Assembly (NCBI GenBank): GCA_964199315.1 | Contig: OZ116700.1 | Location: 32,984,001 to 33,048,000, forward strand | DNA from: Orbicella franksi | Taxonomy: Eukaryota | Direction: 5' to 3' | Length of the DNA: 64,000 nt | Shown here: one piece after another, positions 62,901 to 64,000 of the stretch | Layout: every line of letters begins with the position of its first letter | Numbering within the stretch: the first letter of the stretch is position 1 | Program-made: the position numbers and the translations under genes | The notes under the pieces: generated by a model | Seen by the model: the letters and a program-made list of their open reading frames with translations, nothing else | Told to the model about the DNA's origin: nothing | Database searches by the model: none

Positions 62901-63978
62901 GTCACTTTTACACAGTTTGGAAATACGAAAGAGGGTCTGCTATTGTTGGAAAAAGCAAGCTTGTAGTTTAAAGCAACCAGGTCTTTGAGACAGGTAGTAC
63001 TTGATACAAATAGAACTAGCAACTAAGCGAGTAACGTAAACATCGTGATTCTGATAATGAGTACTTCCGACCTCAAAACAGTGGCACCAAGACCCCCTCG
63101 TTCCCTCCCCGTCCTCCCCCCCCCCCCCCCCCATATAACTACGCTGTATACATGGTTACCACAGACATCAGTTTTCAAAATCTCCTGACTTGTCCCTGAT
63201 AAGGAAACACATCATTGAGATCACAGTGACTCCAAATGTTTCTTCCAGCCGTCAATGGTATTAAATCTGCCCTGTAAAATAATTTCAACTTTCTCTGACT
63301 TTTCTTCAAAAAGTCAATTTCCCTTGGCTCAAAATAAAATTCCCTGACTTTTCCCTGACCTCGAATTTTTTCGCTGACCATTCCTGACCTGTGGCAACCC
63401 TTTGTATAAAAACGTACCTTGTGCTATTAGTCGTATAATTTCTTCACTAGTCTTTTCCGGATCTTCGTCTGAGGTGGTGTTCATCGAATCACCATCAGTT
63501 GGCGTGAGAGTTCCCAATTCATTGGAGTCAACCTCACTTCCAACCGCAACAGTTATGATTGTCACGTGATTGTCGATCAAGTCCTGAGCAACTCCCTTAG
63601 CAACTTCCTTATCTCCAGATGATTCATCATCCGTCATGACAACCAGTATTTGTCTTGCATCTGGTCTCACAGCGTCATCGTCGGTGAAAAGTTGTTTTGC
63701 TTTCTGCAATGCTTTGTCTAATGCTGATCCTCCTGGAATGTTTGATGCTGAGCTCACCAACTCCACAAGCTGATCTGGGTCTGTGATGCCATCAGAGAAC
63801 TTCAGGACGACAGAAGGTTCATTTCCGTACAGGACAACAGCATAGTGAATCTGATTCATGCTATAGTTCTGCATGATATTCGTTACAACGTCTTTCATGT
63901 ATGGAAATGTTTTGAAGGATTTTGAAGATTGCGAACTTAGAAGAAACATCAAGTCGATCTTGGGAAGCATTGTCCTCT
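139..63978 (-). CDS. Giant multi-exon gene, partial (runs off both window ends): predicted extracellular protein with 38 VWA, 20 follistatin/Kazal and 1 GON domain
   Basis: 70 exons with canonical AG/GT borders and compatible phases joining into one open frame of about 8,676 aa; no start, signal peptide or stop seen; VWA and FS exons interleave at 12-23 kb, supporting one gene. Confidence 0.85.
712..918 (-). CDS. Exon: FS/Kazal module 19
   Basis: 207 nt, phase 1-1; EPCRFVVC...ECPDTEEPVCGSDGITYDNEC (absent from ORF track, read by hand). Confidence 0.9.
1422..1640 (-). CDS. Exon: FS/Kazal module 18
   Basis: DCVPVVKPVCGTDGKTYINEC; tandem CAGCAG acceptor (1640 or 1637). Confidence 0.9.
1732..1966 (-). 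mobile_element. About 230-bp TTAA-flanked MITE (Kolobok-like), copy 1
   Basis: TTAA then AGGAG...GTCACG / CGTGACTGAGC termini; reverse-orientation homolog of 12534-12757. Confidence 0.65.
2325..2546 (-). CDS. Exon: FS/Kazal module 17
   Basis: 222 nt; DCSYSPAPVCGSDGNAYPNEC. Confidence 0.9.
3105..3323 (-). CDS. Exon: FS/Kazal module 16
   Basis: 219 nt; ECPLSGEKVCGSDGKTYDNEC. Confidence 0.9.
3466..3826. repeat. Compound tetranucleotide microsatellite (GTCG/GTCA then GACA/CAGT)
   Basis: Visible degenerate 4-mer repeats; source of spurious ORFs 3388-3910. Confidence 0.9.
3848..4060 (-). CDS. Exon: FS/Kazal module 15
   Basis: 213 nt; DCPWKVDLICGSDGQSYLNEC (absent from ORF track). Confidence 0.9.
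4576..4809 (-). CDS. Exon: FS/Kazal module 14
   Basis: DCSAVKVLVCGSDGTTHKVYNNMC; alternative in-frame acceptor at 4803. Confidence 0.85.
5270..5476 (-). CDS. Exon: FS/Kazal module 13
   Basis: 207 nt; FCPSLGEPVCGSDGKTYENRC (absent from ORF track). Confidence 0.9.
6095..6381. repeat. Interspersed repeat with subterminal hairpin
   Basis: TTTCTATGCGCGATAGTTGA...TCAACTATCACGCGATAGAAA inverted pair near 6306-6363. Confidence 0.5.
6431..6655 (-). CDS. Exon: FS/Kazal module 12
   Basis: 225 nt; QCSNATRAVCGDNAKTYRDKC. Confidence 0.9.
6729..6944 (-). CDS. Exon: FS/Kazal module 11
   Basis: 216 nt; ECPDINDPVCGTNGKTYESEC; 73-bp intron to next exon. Confidence 0.9.
7492..7707 (-). CDS. Exon: FS/Kazal module 10
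   Basis: 216 nt; DCPRDYDPVCGSDGRNYITSC. Confidence 0.9.
7904..8176 (+). mobile_element. MITE with TAGAGCGGTTTTC terminal inverted repeats
   Basis: TAGAGCGGTTTTCAGTTGAGTGTCG...CGACACTCAAGAGAAAACCGCTCTA; relatives at 25024 and 53332. Confidence 0.8.
8331..8546 (-). CDS. Exon: FS/Kazal module 9
   Basis: 216 nt; DCAKEKDRVCGTDGNTYLNEC. Confidence 0.9.
8612..8760. repeat. Interspersed repeat with central hairpin
   Basis: TTTGTCAAAATTCTAATAAT-9 nt-ATTATTAGAATTTTGACAAA. Confidence 0.5.
9181..9399 (-). CDS. Exon: FS/Kazal module 8
   Basis: 219 nt; ECPEDGDGVCGSDGQTYINKC. Confidence 0.9.
9445..9600 (+). mobile_element. Degenerate tRNA-derived SINE
   Basis: A-box-like TGGCCAAGGGG and B-box-like GGTTCAAGG; no complete cloverleaf. 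Confidence 0.55.
9832..10047 (-). CDS. Exon: FS/Kazal module 7
   Basis: 216 nt; DCPMTVNTVCGSDGKTYLNEC. Confidence 0.9.
10161..10521 (+). mobile_element. MITE with GAGCTTAAGCAA...CGACGACGGC TIRs
   Basis: Left GAGCTTAAGCAAACCACGACGACGACGGC, right GCCGTCGTCGTTGCTTAAGCTC; relative at 20440. Confidence 0.75.
10580..10792 (-). CDS. Exon: FS/Kazal module 6
   Basis: 213 nt; ECPQTAAPVCGQNNETYINQC (absent from ORF track). Confidence 0.9.
11080..11290 (+). mobile_element. Decayed 3' end of CR1/L2-group LINE ORF2
   Basis: IKTNHCKLNIRFAAVKVWNNL resembles the RTNYGKF-IRF-G-K-WN C-terminal motif. Confidence 0.55.
11740..11955 (-). CDS. Exon: FS/Kazal module 5
   Basis: 216 nt; DCPPTRDQVCGSDKVTYYNDC. Confidence 0.9.
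12198..12429 (-). CDS. Exon: VWA38 C-terminal half
   Basis: 232 nt, phase 0-1; VPKSLIAIVVG...GVQIFVVAV...DTCEG. Confidence 0.85.
12534..12757 (+). mobile_element. TTAA-flanked MITE (Kolobok-like), copy 2
   Basis: TTAA-AGGAGCTCAGTCGCG...CGTGATAGAGCTCCC-TTAA. Confidence 0.75.
12806..13131 (-). CDS. Exon: VWA38 N-terminal half
   Basis: 326 nt, phase 1-0; ACPFPMDVVFALDSSAE...THVGVITVG. Confidence 0.85.
13210..13596. mobile_element. Possible piggyBac-like MITE remnant
   Basis: Right end GGCACTCAAGGGG-TTAA; internal hairpin CTCAGTACGTCA...TGACGTACTGAG; left end degenerate. Confidence 0.35.
13737..14351 (-). CDS. Exon: GON domain (ADAMTS9/20/GON-1 type)
   Basis: 615 nt, phase 1-1; SCVEVK...DGHY...IYCHMM...TNFTKVRLD...AGDCYS...CRKGGFKVDLSGT...CGGWCGRCKP matches GON motifs. 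Confidence 0.9.
14796..15353 (-). CDS. Exon: VWA37
   Basis: 558 nt, phase 1-1; IDLAFVIGTSG...EDILVVMTEG. Confidence 0.85.
15794..16006 (-). CDS. Exon: FS/Kazal module 4
   Basis: 213 nt; DCSTEPVKAVCGSDMVTYPNEC. Confidence 0.9.
16553..16768 (-). CDS. Exon: FS/Kazal module 3
   Basis: 216 nt; SCPENYRPVCGSDVKSYLNEC. Confidence 0.9.
17433..17642 (-). CDS. Exon: FS/Kazal module 2
   Basis: 210 nt; LCSSFFRPVCGSNSRTYWNAC. Confidence 0.9.
18067..18211 (-). CDS. Exon: VWA36 C-terminal part
   Basis: 145 nt, phase 0-1; VIPVAIGQQVG...VMKAVLK (absent from ORF track). Confidence 0.8.
18545..18773 (+). repeat. Interspersed repeat family R, copy 1 (carries the empty site GCTAATTAAGACC)
   Basis: GAAGAGAGTTGAAAATACG...GCGGAGTATTTTTGACGAA core shared with 43545 and 55648. 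Confidence 0.8.
18861..19279 (-). CDS. Exon: VWA36 N-terminal part
   Basis: 419 nt, phase 1-0; IDIAFAISATS...RKFVVVIVD...GIK. Confidence 0.88.
19854..20088 (-). CDS. Exon: VWA35 C-terminal half
   Basis: 235 nt, phase 0-1; AVVVIMD...LFVVGVG...QICPLK. Confidence 0.85.
20440..20705 (+). mobile_element. MITE related to 10161-10521
   Basis: AGGGAGCTTAAGTAAAC...TGTTTAAGGTCCCT termini and shared internal sequence. Confidence 0.7.
20718..20858. mobile_element. Degenerate short MITE (GGATAACGCTATCCAC family)
   Basis: CAGTTGTCC...TTGAACAATT ends; related to 22593-22727. Confidence 0.5.
20927..21365 (-). mobile_element. 5'-truncated RTE-clade non-LTR retrotransposon, apparently recent insertion
   Basis: Open 140-aa RTE C-terminus (YGCEAW...RRRWNWIGH...GKRRPGRPKTTWRR), (GATAG)n tail, 12-bp TSD CCTACAACAGTT at 20915-20926 and 21366-21377. 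Confidence 0.92.
21415..21713 (-). CDS. Exon: VWA35 N-terminal half
   Basis: 299 nt, phase 1-0; ACNNSVDLLFIMDG...TRVGLL...RPDVKQ. Confidence 0.85.
21772..21968 (-). mobile_element. Degenerate SINE body
   Basis: CCGTAGCAT...CTACTCCCC...CTAGTCCATTGCAG...GAGAAGCCGTGAG; related to 30435 and 54222. Confidence 0.5.
22171..22392 (-). CDS. Exon: FS/Kazal module 1
   Basis: 222 nt; YCPQSYNPVCASDKQTYPNNC. Confidence 0.9.
22593..22727. mobile_element. Short MITE (GGATAACGCTATCCAC family)
   Basis: TIRs GACCCGAGTTGTTGGAAAG / CCTTCGAACAACTGCGGTC; internal inverted GATAACGCTATCCA / TGGATAGCGTTAT. Confidence 0.7.
22775..23338 (-). CDS. Exon: VWA34
   Basis: 564 nt, phase 1-1; LDISFVVSTTA...RKIIVVMIDKKS. 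Confidence 0.9.
23822..24047 (-). CDS. Exon: VWA33 C-terminal half
   Basis: 226 nt, phase 0-1; VLVIITDAS...DKLLS. Confidence 0.85.
24453..24772 (-). CDS. Exon: VWA33 N-terminal half
   Basis: 320 nt, phase 1-0; LDLAFAISALP...ARKDAQK. Confidence 0.88.
25024..25295 (-). mobile_element. MITE, inverted copy of the 7904-8176 family
   Basis: TAGGGTGGTTTTCACTTGAGTGTCG...CGACACTCAATGGAAATCTGCCCTA. Confidence 0.75.
25335..25889 (-). CDS. Exon: VWA32 (super-repeat type B)
   Basis: 555 nt; IDLGFAISAAA...KKVLVVIADKS. Confidence 0.9.
26178..26714 (-). CDS. Exon: VWA31 (type A2)
   Basis: 537 nt; MDLAFVISTTA...MKVLVVITDKRS. Confidence 0.9.
26835..27025. repeat. (GACA)n-type compound microsatellite
   Basis: Visible GACA/TACA/GACC repeats. 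Confidence 0.9.
27149..27697 (-). CDS. Exon: VWA30 (type A1)
   Basis: 549 nt; VDLAFAISANA...RKVLVVITDTKS. Confidence 0.9.
27768..27898 (-). mobile_element. SINE fragment with a V-domain-like core
   Basis: GGAAAACCGGAGAACCCGGAGAAAAACCC, reverse complement of a GGGTTTTCTCCGGG.TCTCCGGTTT V-SINE-type motif as I recall it. Confidence 0.45.
27900..28200 (-). mobile_element. 3' end of CR1/L2-group LINE ORF2
   Basis: HGYHERKAHSFRLPLCRTNVRQFSAFYRGPKYFNSLPLEI...KKLK, typical ORF2 C-terminus. Confidence 0.75.
28264..28827 (-). CDS. Exon: VWA29 (type B)
   Basis: 564 nt; MDICVAFGTSD...KKFLVIFVGSKS. Confidence 0.9.
29271..29519 (-). CDS. Exon: VWA28 C-terminal half
   Basis: 249 nt, phase 1-1; LRPDAKKVLVIIIDNKS. 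Confidence 0.85.
30085..30390 (-). CDS. Exon: VWA28 N-terminal half (type A2)
   Basis: 306 nt, phase 1-1; MDLLLAISTTA. Confidence 0.88.
30435..30680 (-). mobile_element. Degenerate SINE body
   Basis: CCGGTTTCCGTTTCATGGAGCGATTAGGAGTATTGCTACT...GAGAAAGGCACTGTG. Confidence 0.5.
30739..31027 (-). CDS. Exon: VWA27 C-terminal half
   Basis: 289 nt, phase 0-1; GRPNAKKVLVVISDKRS. Confidence 0.85.
31215..31514. repeat. 125-bp tandem repeat, about 2.4 units
   Basis: GTCGATTTTCGCTTC recurs at 31220, 31345 and 31470. Confidence 0.9.
31621..31886 (-). CDS. Exon: VWA27 N-terminal half (type A1)
   Basis: 266 nt, phase 1-0; VDMILAVSSTA...DLAK. Confidence 0.88.
31920..32298. mobile_element. PIF/Harbinger-type MITE
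   Basis: 25-bp TIR GG(T/C)CCAGTTCAGACGTCGTGCTTCT with 1 mismatch; TTA on both flanks. Confidence 0.85.
32847..32988 (-). CDS. Exon: VWA26 C-terminal part
   Basis: 142 nt, phase 0-1; VIPVAIGSDA...LGRKIMSVVIK. Confidence 0.85.
33309..33712 (-). CDS. Exon: VWA26 N-terminal part (type B)
   Basis: 404 nt, phase 1-0; ADLAFAISSNA...GIK. Confidence 0.88.
33799..34031 (+). mobile_element. Kolobok-like MITE, copy 3 (degenerate ends)
   Basis: CAGTCACGTTATTTTGAGTTATTTTGG...GTGCAAACCATGA homologous to 12534-12757. Confidence 0.7.
34300..34854 (-). CDS. Exon: VWA25 (type A1)
   Basis: 555 nt; VNLIFAISALS...KRVLVVIADKKS. Confidence 0.9.
35144..35215 (-). pseudogene. tRNA-like sequence (tRNA pseudogene or SINE head)
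   Basis: GCCTCGGTAGCTCAGTGGTTAGAGC...GGTTCGAATCC; A/B boxes and D-stem intact, anticodon stem unpaired. Confidence 0.65.
35365..35922 (-). CDS. Exon: VWA24 (type B)
   Basis: 558 nt; LDLGFVISASA...KKVLVVIMDKKS. Confidence 0.9.
36257..36814 (-). CDS. Exon: VWA23 (type A2)
   Basis: 558 nt; LDLAFVISSTA...KKILVVIIDNK. Confidence 0.9.
37102..37235. repeat. Hairpin formed by two head-to-head repeat fragments
   Basis: ATGAAGACATCAATGATCATCGCAATTATACACACAA / TTGTGTATATAACTGCGATGATCAATCACGTCTTCAT. Confidence 0.7.
37407..37674 (-). CDS. Exon: VWA22 C-terminal half
   Basis: 268 nt, phase 0-1; EFSSGGRQNARKILVVITDKRS. Confidence 0.85.
38030..38316 (-). CDS. Exon: VWA22 N-terminal half (type A1)
   Basis: 287 nt, phase 1-0; VDMIFAISANA...LAKE. 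Confidence 0.88.
38759..39107 (-). CDS. Exon: VWA21 C-terminal part
   Basis: 349 nt, phase 0-1; IRTYL...GGPDLQKAL...KKVLVVIMDKKS. Confidence 0.88.
39699..39907 (-). CDS. Exon: VWA21 N-terminal part (type B)
   Basis: 209 nt, phase 1-0; IDLAFAISSAA...DDDM. Confidence 0.88.
40085..40378. repeat. Interspersed repeat with subterminal GC hairpin
   Basis: TTGAAAATGCTGCCC...GGGCAGCATTTTCAA. Confidence 0.55.
40600..40791 (-). mobile_element. One-ended MITE fragment (Harbinger-like terminus)
   Basis: Ends TAGTGTGGACGGGGCC-TTA; partner end not found. Confidence 0.45.
40906..41463 (-). CDS. Exon: VWA20 (type A2)
   Basis: 558 nt; VDMGFAISATA...MKVLVVITDKKS. Confidence 0.9.
41910..42461 (-). CDS. Exon: VWA19 (type A1)
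   Basis: 552 nt; MDLVFAISTIS...KKVLVVILDRKS. Confidence 0.9.
42964..43518. mobile_element. 555-bp foldback element with about 245-bp arms, TTAA-like flanks (Kolobok-like)
   Basis: AGTGCCACTATGAT...ATCATAGTGGCACT; arms align over their length around a spacer of about 60 bp. Confidence 0.88.
43545..43738 (-). repeat. Repeat family R, copy 2 (inverted)
   Basis: TTCGTCAAAAATACTCCGCT...TATTTTCAACTCTCTTC is the reverse complement of the core at 18545. Confidence 0.8.
43764..44321 (-). CDS. Exon: VWA18 (type B)
   Basis: 558 nt; IDLGFAISATA...KKVLVVITDKKS. Confidence 0.9.
44474..45034 (-). CDS. Exon: VWA17 (type A2)
   Basis: 561 nt; MDVAFAISATA...KKILVIMTDRES. Confidence 0.9.
45458..46012 (-). 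CDS. Exon: VWA16 (type A1)
   Basis: 555 nt; LDLAFAISANA...KRVLVLVTDKRS. Confidence 0.9.
46395..46952 (-). CDS. Exon: VWA15 (type B)
   Basis: 558 nt; IDITFAINTAA...NKVLVVVTDAKS. Confidence 0.9.
47559..47894 (-). CDS. Exon: VWA14 C-terminal part
   Basis: 336 nt, phase 1-1; SISKNRRGAAL...KNVLVVITDKKS. Confidence 0.88.
48293..48517 (-). CDS. Exon: VWA14 N-terminal part (type A2)
   Basis: 225 nt, phase 1-1; MNLAFAISARA...RFI. Confidence 0.88.
48996..49547 (-). CDS. Exon: VWA13 (type A1)
   Basis: 552 nt; LDLLFALSANA...KKVLVIITDKKS. Confidence 0.9.
49730..49815. repeat. (GAA/CAA)n low-complexity tract
   Basis: Visible trinucleotide repeats next to the VWA12 donor. Confidence 0.8.
49824..50381 (-). 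CDS. Exon: VWA12 (type B)
   Basis: 558 nt; VDLGFAISVTD...KKVLAVILDNKS. Confidence 0.9.
50975..51535 (-). CDS. Exon: VWA11 (type A2)
   Basis: 561 nt; LDIAFALSARA...KRILVVAMDKMS. Confidence 0.9.
51961..52515 (-). CDS. Exon: VWA10 (type A1)
   Basis: 555 nt; LDLGFAISTGS...KKVLVVIMDQK. Confidence 0.9.
52658..53209 (-). CDS. Exon: VWA9 (type B)
   Basis: 552 nt; IDFVFALSAAA...RKIVVIFVDKK. Confidence 0.9.
53332..53482. mobile_element. Short MITE related to the 7904 family
   Basis: TGGAGCGGTTTTCAATTGAGTGTCG...CGACACTCAATTGAAAACGCTCAA. Confidence 0.75.
53624..54172 (-). CDS. Exon: VWA8
   Basis: 549 nt; INLGFAISVTS...KNILVVMVDGKS. Confidence 0.9.
54222..54480 (+). mobile_element. Degenerate tRNA-derived SINE
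   Basis: GCGGTGGTCAGGACGTTAGATTCC head; CTAGTCACTTCATGCGACAGAAACAGGGA tail. Confidence 0.45.
54843..55029 (-). CDS. Exon: VWA7 C-terminal part
   Basis: 187 nt, phase 0-1; AKARQLVDQGITVIPVIIG. Confidence 0.85.
55648..56085 (+). repeat. Repeat family R, copy 3, interrupted by a hairpin MITE
   Basis: Same core as 18545; homology resumes (TTAAGACC...ATCCAAAC) after 56013. Confidence 0.8.
55859..56012. mobile_element. 154-bp hairpin MITE nested in repeat R
   Basis: About 68-bp arms AGACCAATTTCGAT(A/G)TATTAAAATTCAGCCTAAAACAA...CACGAGG with few mismatches. Confidence 0.9.
56256..56620 (-). CDS. Exon: VWA7 N-terminal part
   Basis: 365 nt, phase 1-0; VDLAFAVDVA...NKILVVIMDKLS...IVK. Confidence 0.88.
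57189..57737 (-). CDS. Exon: VWA6
   Basis: TDIVFAISATS...RKVVVVISDRGS; alternative in-frame acceptor at 57731. Confidence 0.88.
58020..58837. mobile_element. 818-bp non-autonomous TIR DNA transposon
   Basis: About 46-bp TIRs AGGGAGTTTAAGCAAATCACTACGACTGG / CCAGCCGTAGCGATTTGCTTAAAGTCCCT; ATT on both flanks. Confidence 0.8.
58871..59434 (-). CDS. Exon: VWA5
   Basis: 564 nt; IELCFAFSATG...KRVLVVLIDNES. Confidence 0.9.
59971..60513 (-). CDS. Exon: VWA4 (divergent)
   Basis: 543 nt; HDFVIAVSLNA...KKVVIIYTDQD. Confidence 0.88.
61081..61644 (-). CDS. Exon: VWA3
   Basis: 564 nt; VDLAIAISAAS...WKVLVLITDAKS. Confidence 0.9.
62042..62599 (-). CDS. Exon: VWA2
   Basis: IDLVFAVSASS...KKVLVFLVDSKS; alternative in-frame acceptor at 62605. 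Confidence 0.88.
63151..63404. mobile_element. MITE with CA(G/T)GGTT(G/A)CCACAG TIRs
   Basis: Left CATGGTTACCACAG, right CTGTGGCAACCCT; TGTATA/TA flanks; TCCCTGAC subrepeats. Confidence 0.6.
63418..63978 (-). CDS. Exon: VWA1 (first in window; gene continues upstream)
   Basis: 561 nt, phase 1-1; IDLMFLLSSQS...RQILVVMTDDES; acceptor AG at 63979-63980. Confidence 0.9.
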
Positions 63979-64000
63979 CTGGTAAAAACCAAACATAACA

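Noticed and set aside
62753-63022. 89-aa ORF with FPNCVK resembling a hAT dimerisation region
   Set aside because: Downstream ERSFS-type motif absent; likely coincidence
63105-63132. Poly-C tract here and poly-G at about 54768-54792 as G-quadruplex regulators
   Set aside because: Simple homopolymers with no supporting evidence
139-63978. Labels COL6A3/collagen VI, AGRN, ADAMTS9/20 or coadhesin
   Set aside because: Only single domain types are shared; no triple helix, LamG/SEA/NtA, metalloprotease, TSP1 or F5/8 domain in the window, so no gene symbol given

Overview
AT-rich eukaryotic genomic DNA; the interspersed repeats resemble those I associate with stony corals (inference, species not identifiable here). 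The whole window lies inside one minus-strand gene with no start or stop codon in view. I traced 70 GT-AG exons by hand (139-63978, 26,028 nt, about 8,676 uninterrupted codons). N to C they encode 34 tandem VWA domains, 1 follistatin/Kazal (FS) module, 2 VWA, 3 FS, 1 VWA, a GON domain, 1 VWA and 16 FS (38 VWA + 20 FS + 1 GON). Every module is bounded by phase-1 introns. Main observations: (1) a >8,600-aa predicted extracellular protein with a VWA-GON-FS architecture I do not recognise from any named protein; (2) a three-domain super-repeat in VWA9-32, with one unit missing; (3) no VWA has an intact MIDAS DxSxS; (4) the FS modules carry very diverse Kazal P1 residues; (5) 11 VWA domains are split by introns at 9 different positions. 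Introns hold many MITEs, SINE and LINE fragments, including a young RTE insertion with a 12-bp TSD and a hairpin MITE whose empty site is also in the window. Coordinates were hand-counted; exon ends are more reliable than repeat ends.
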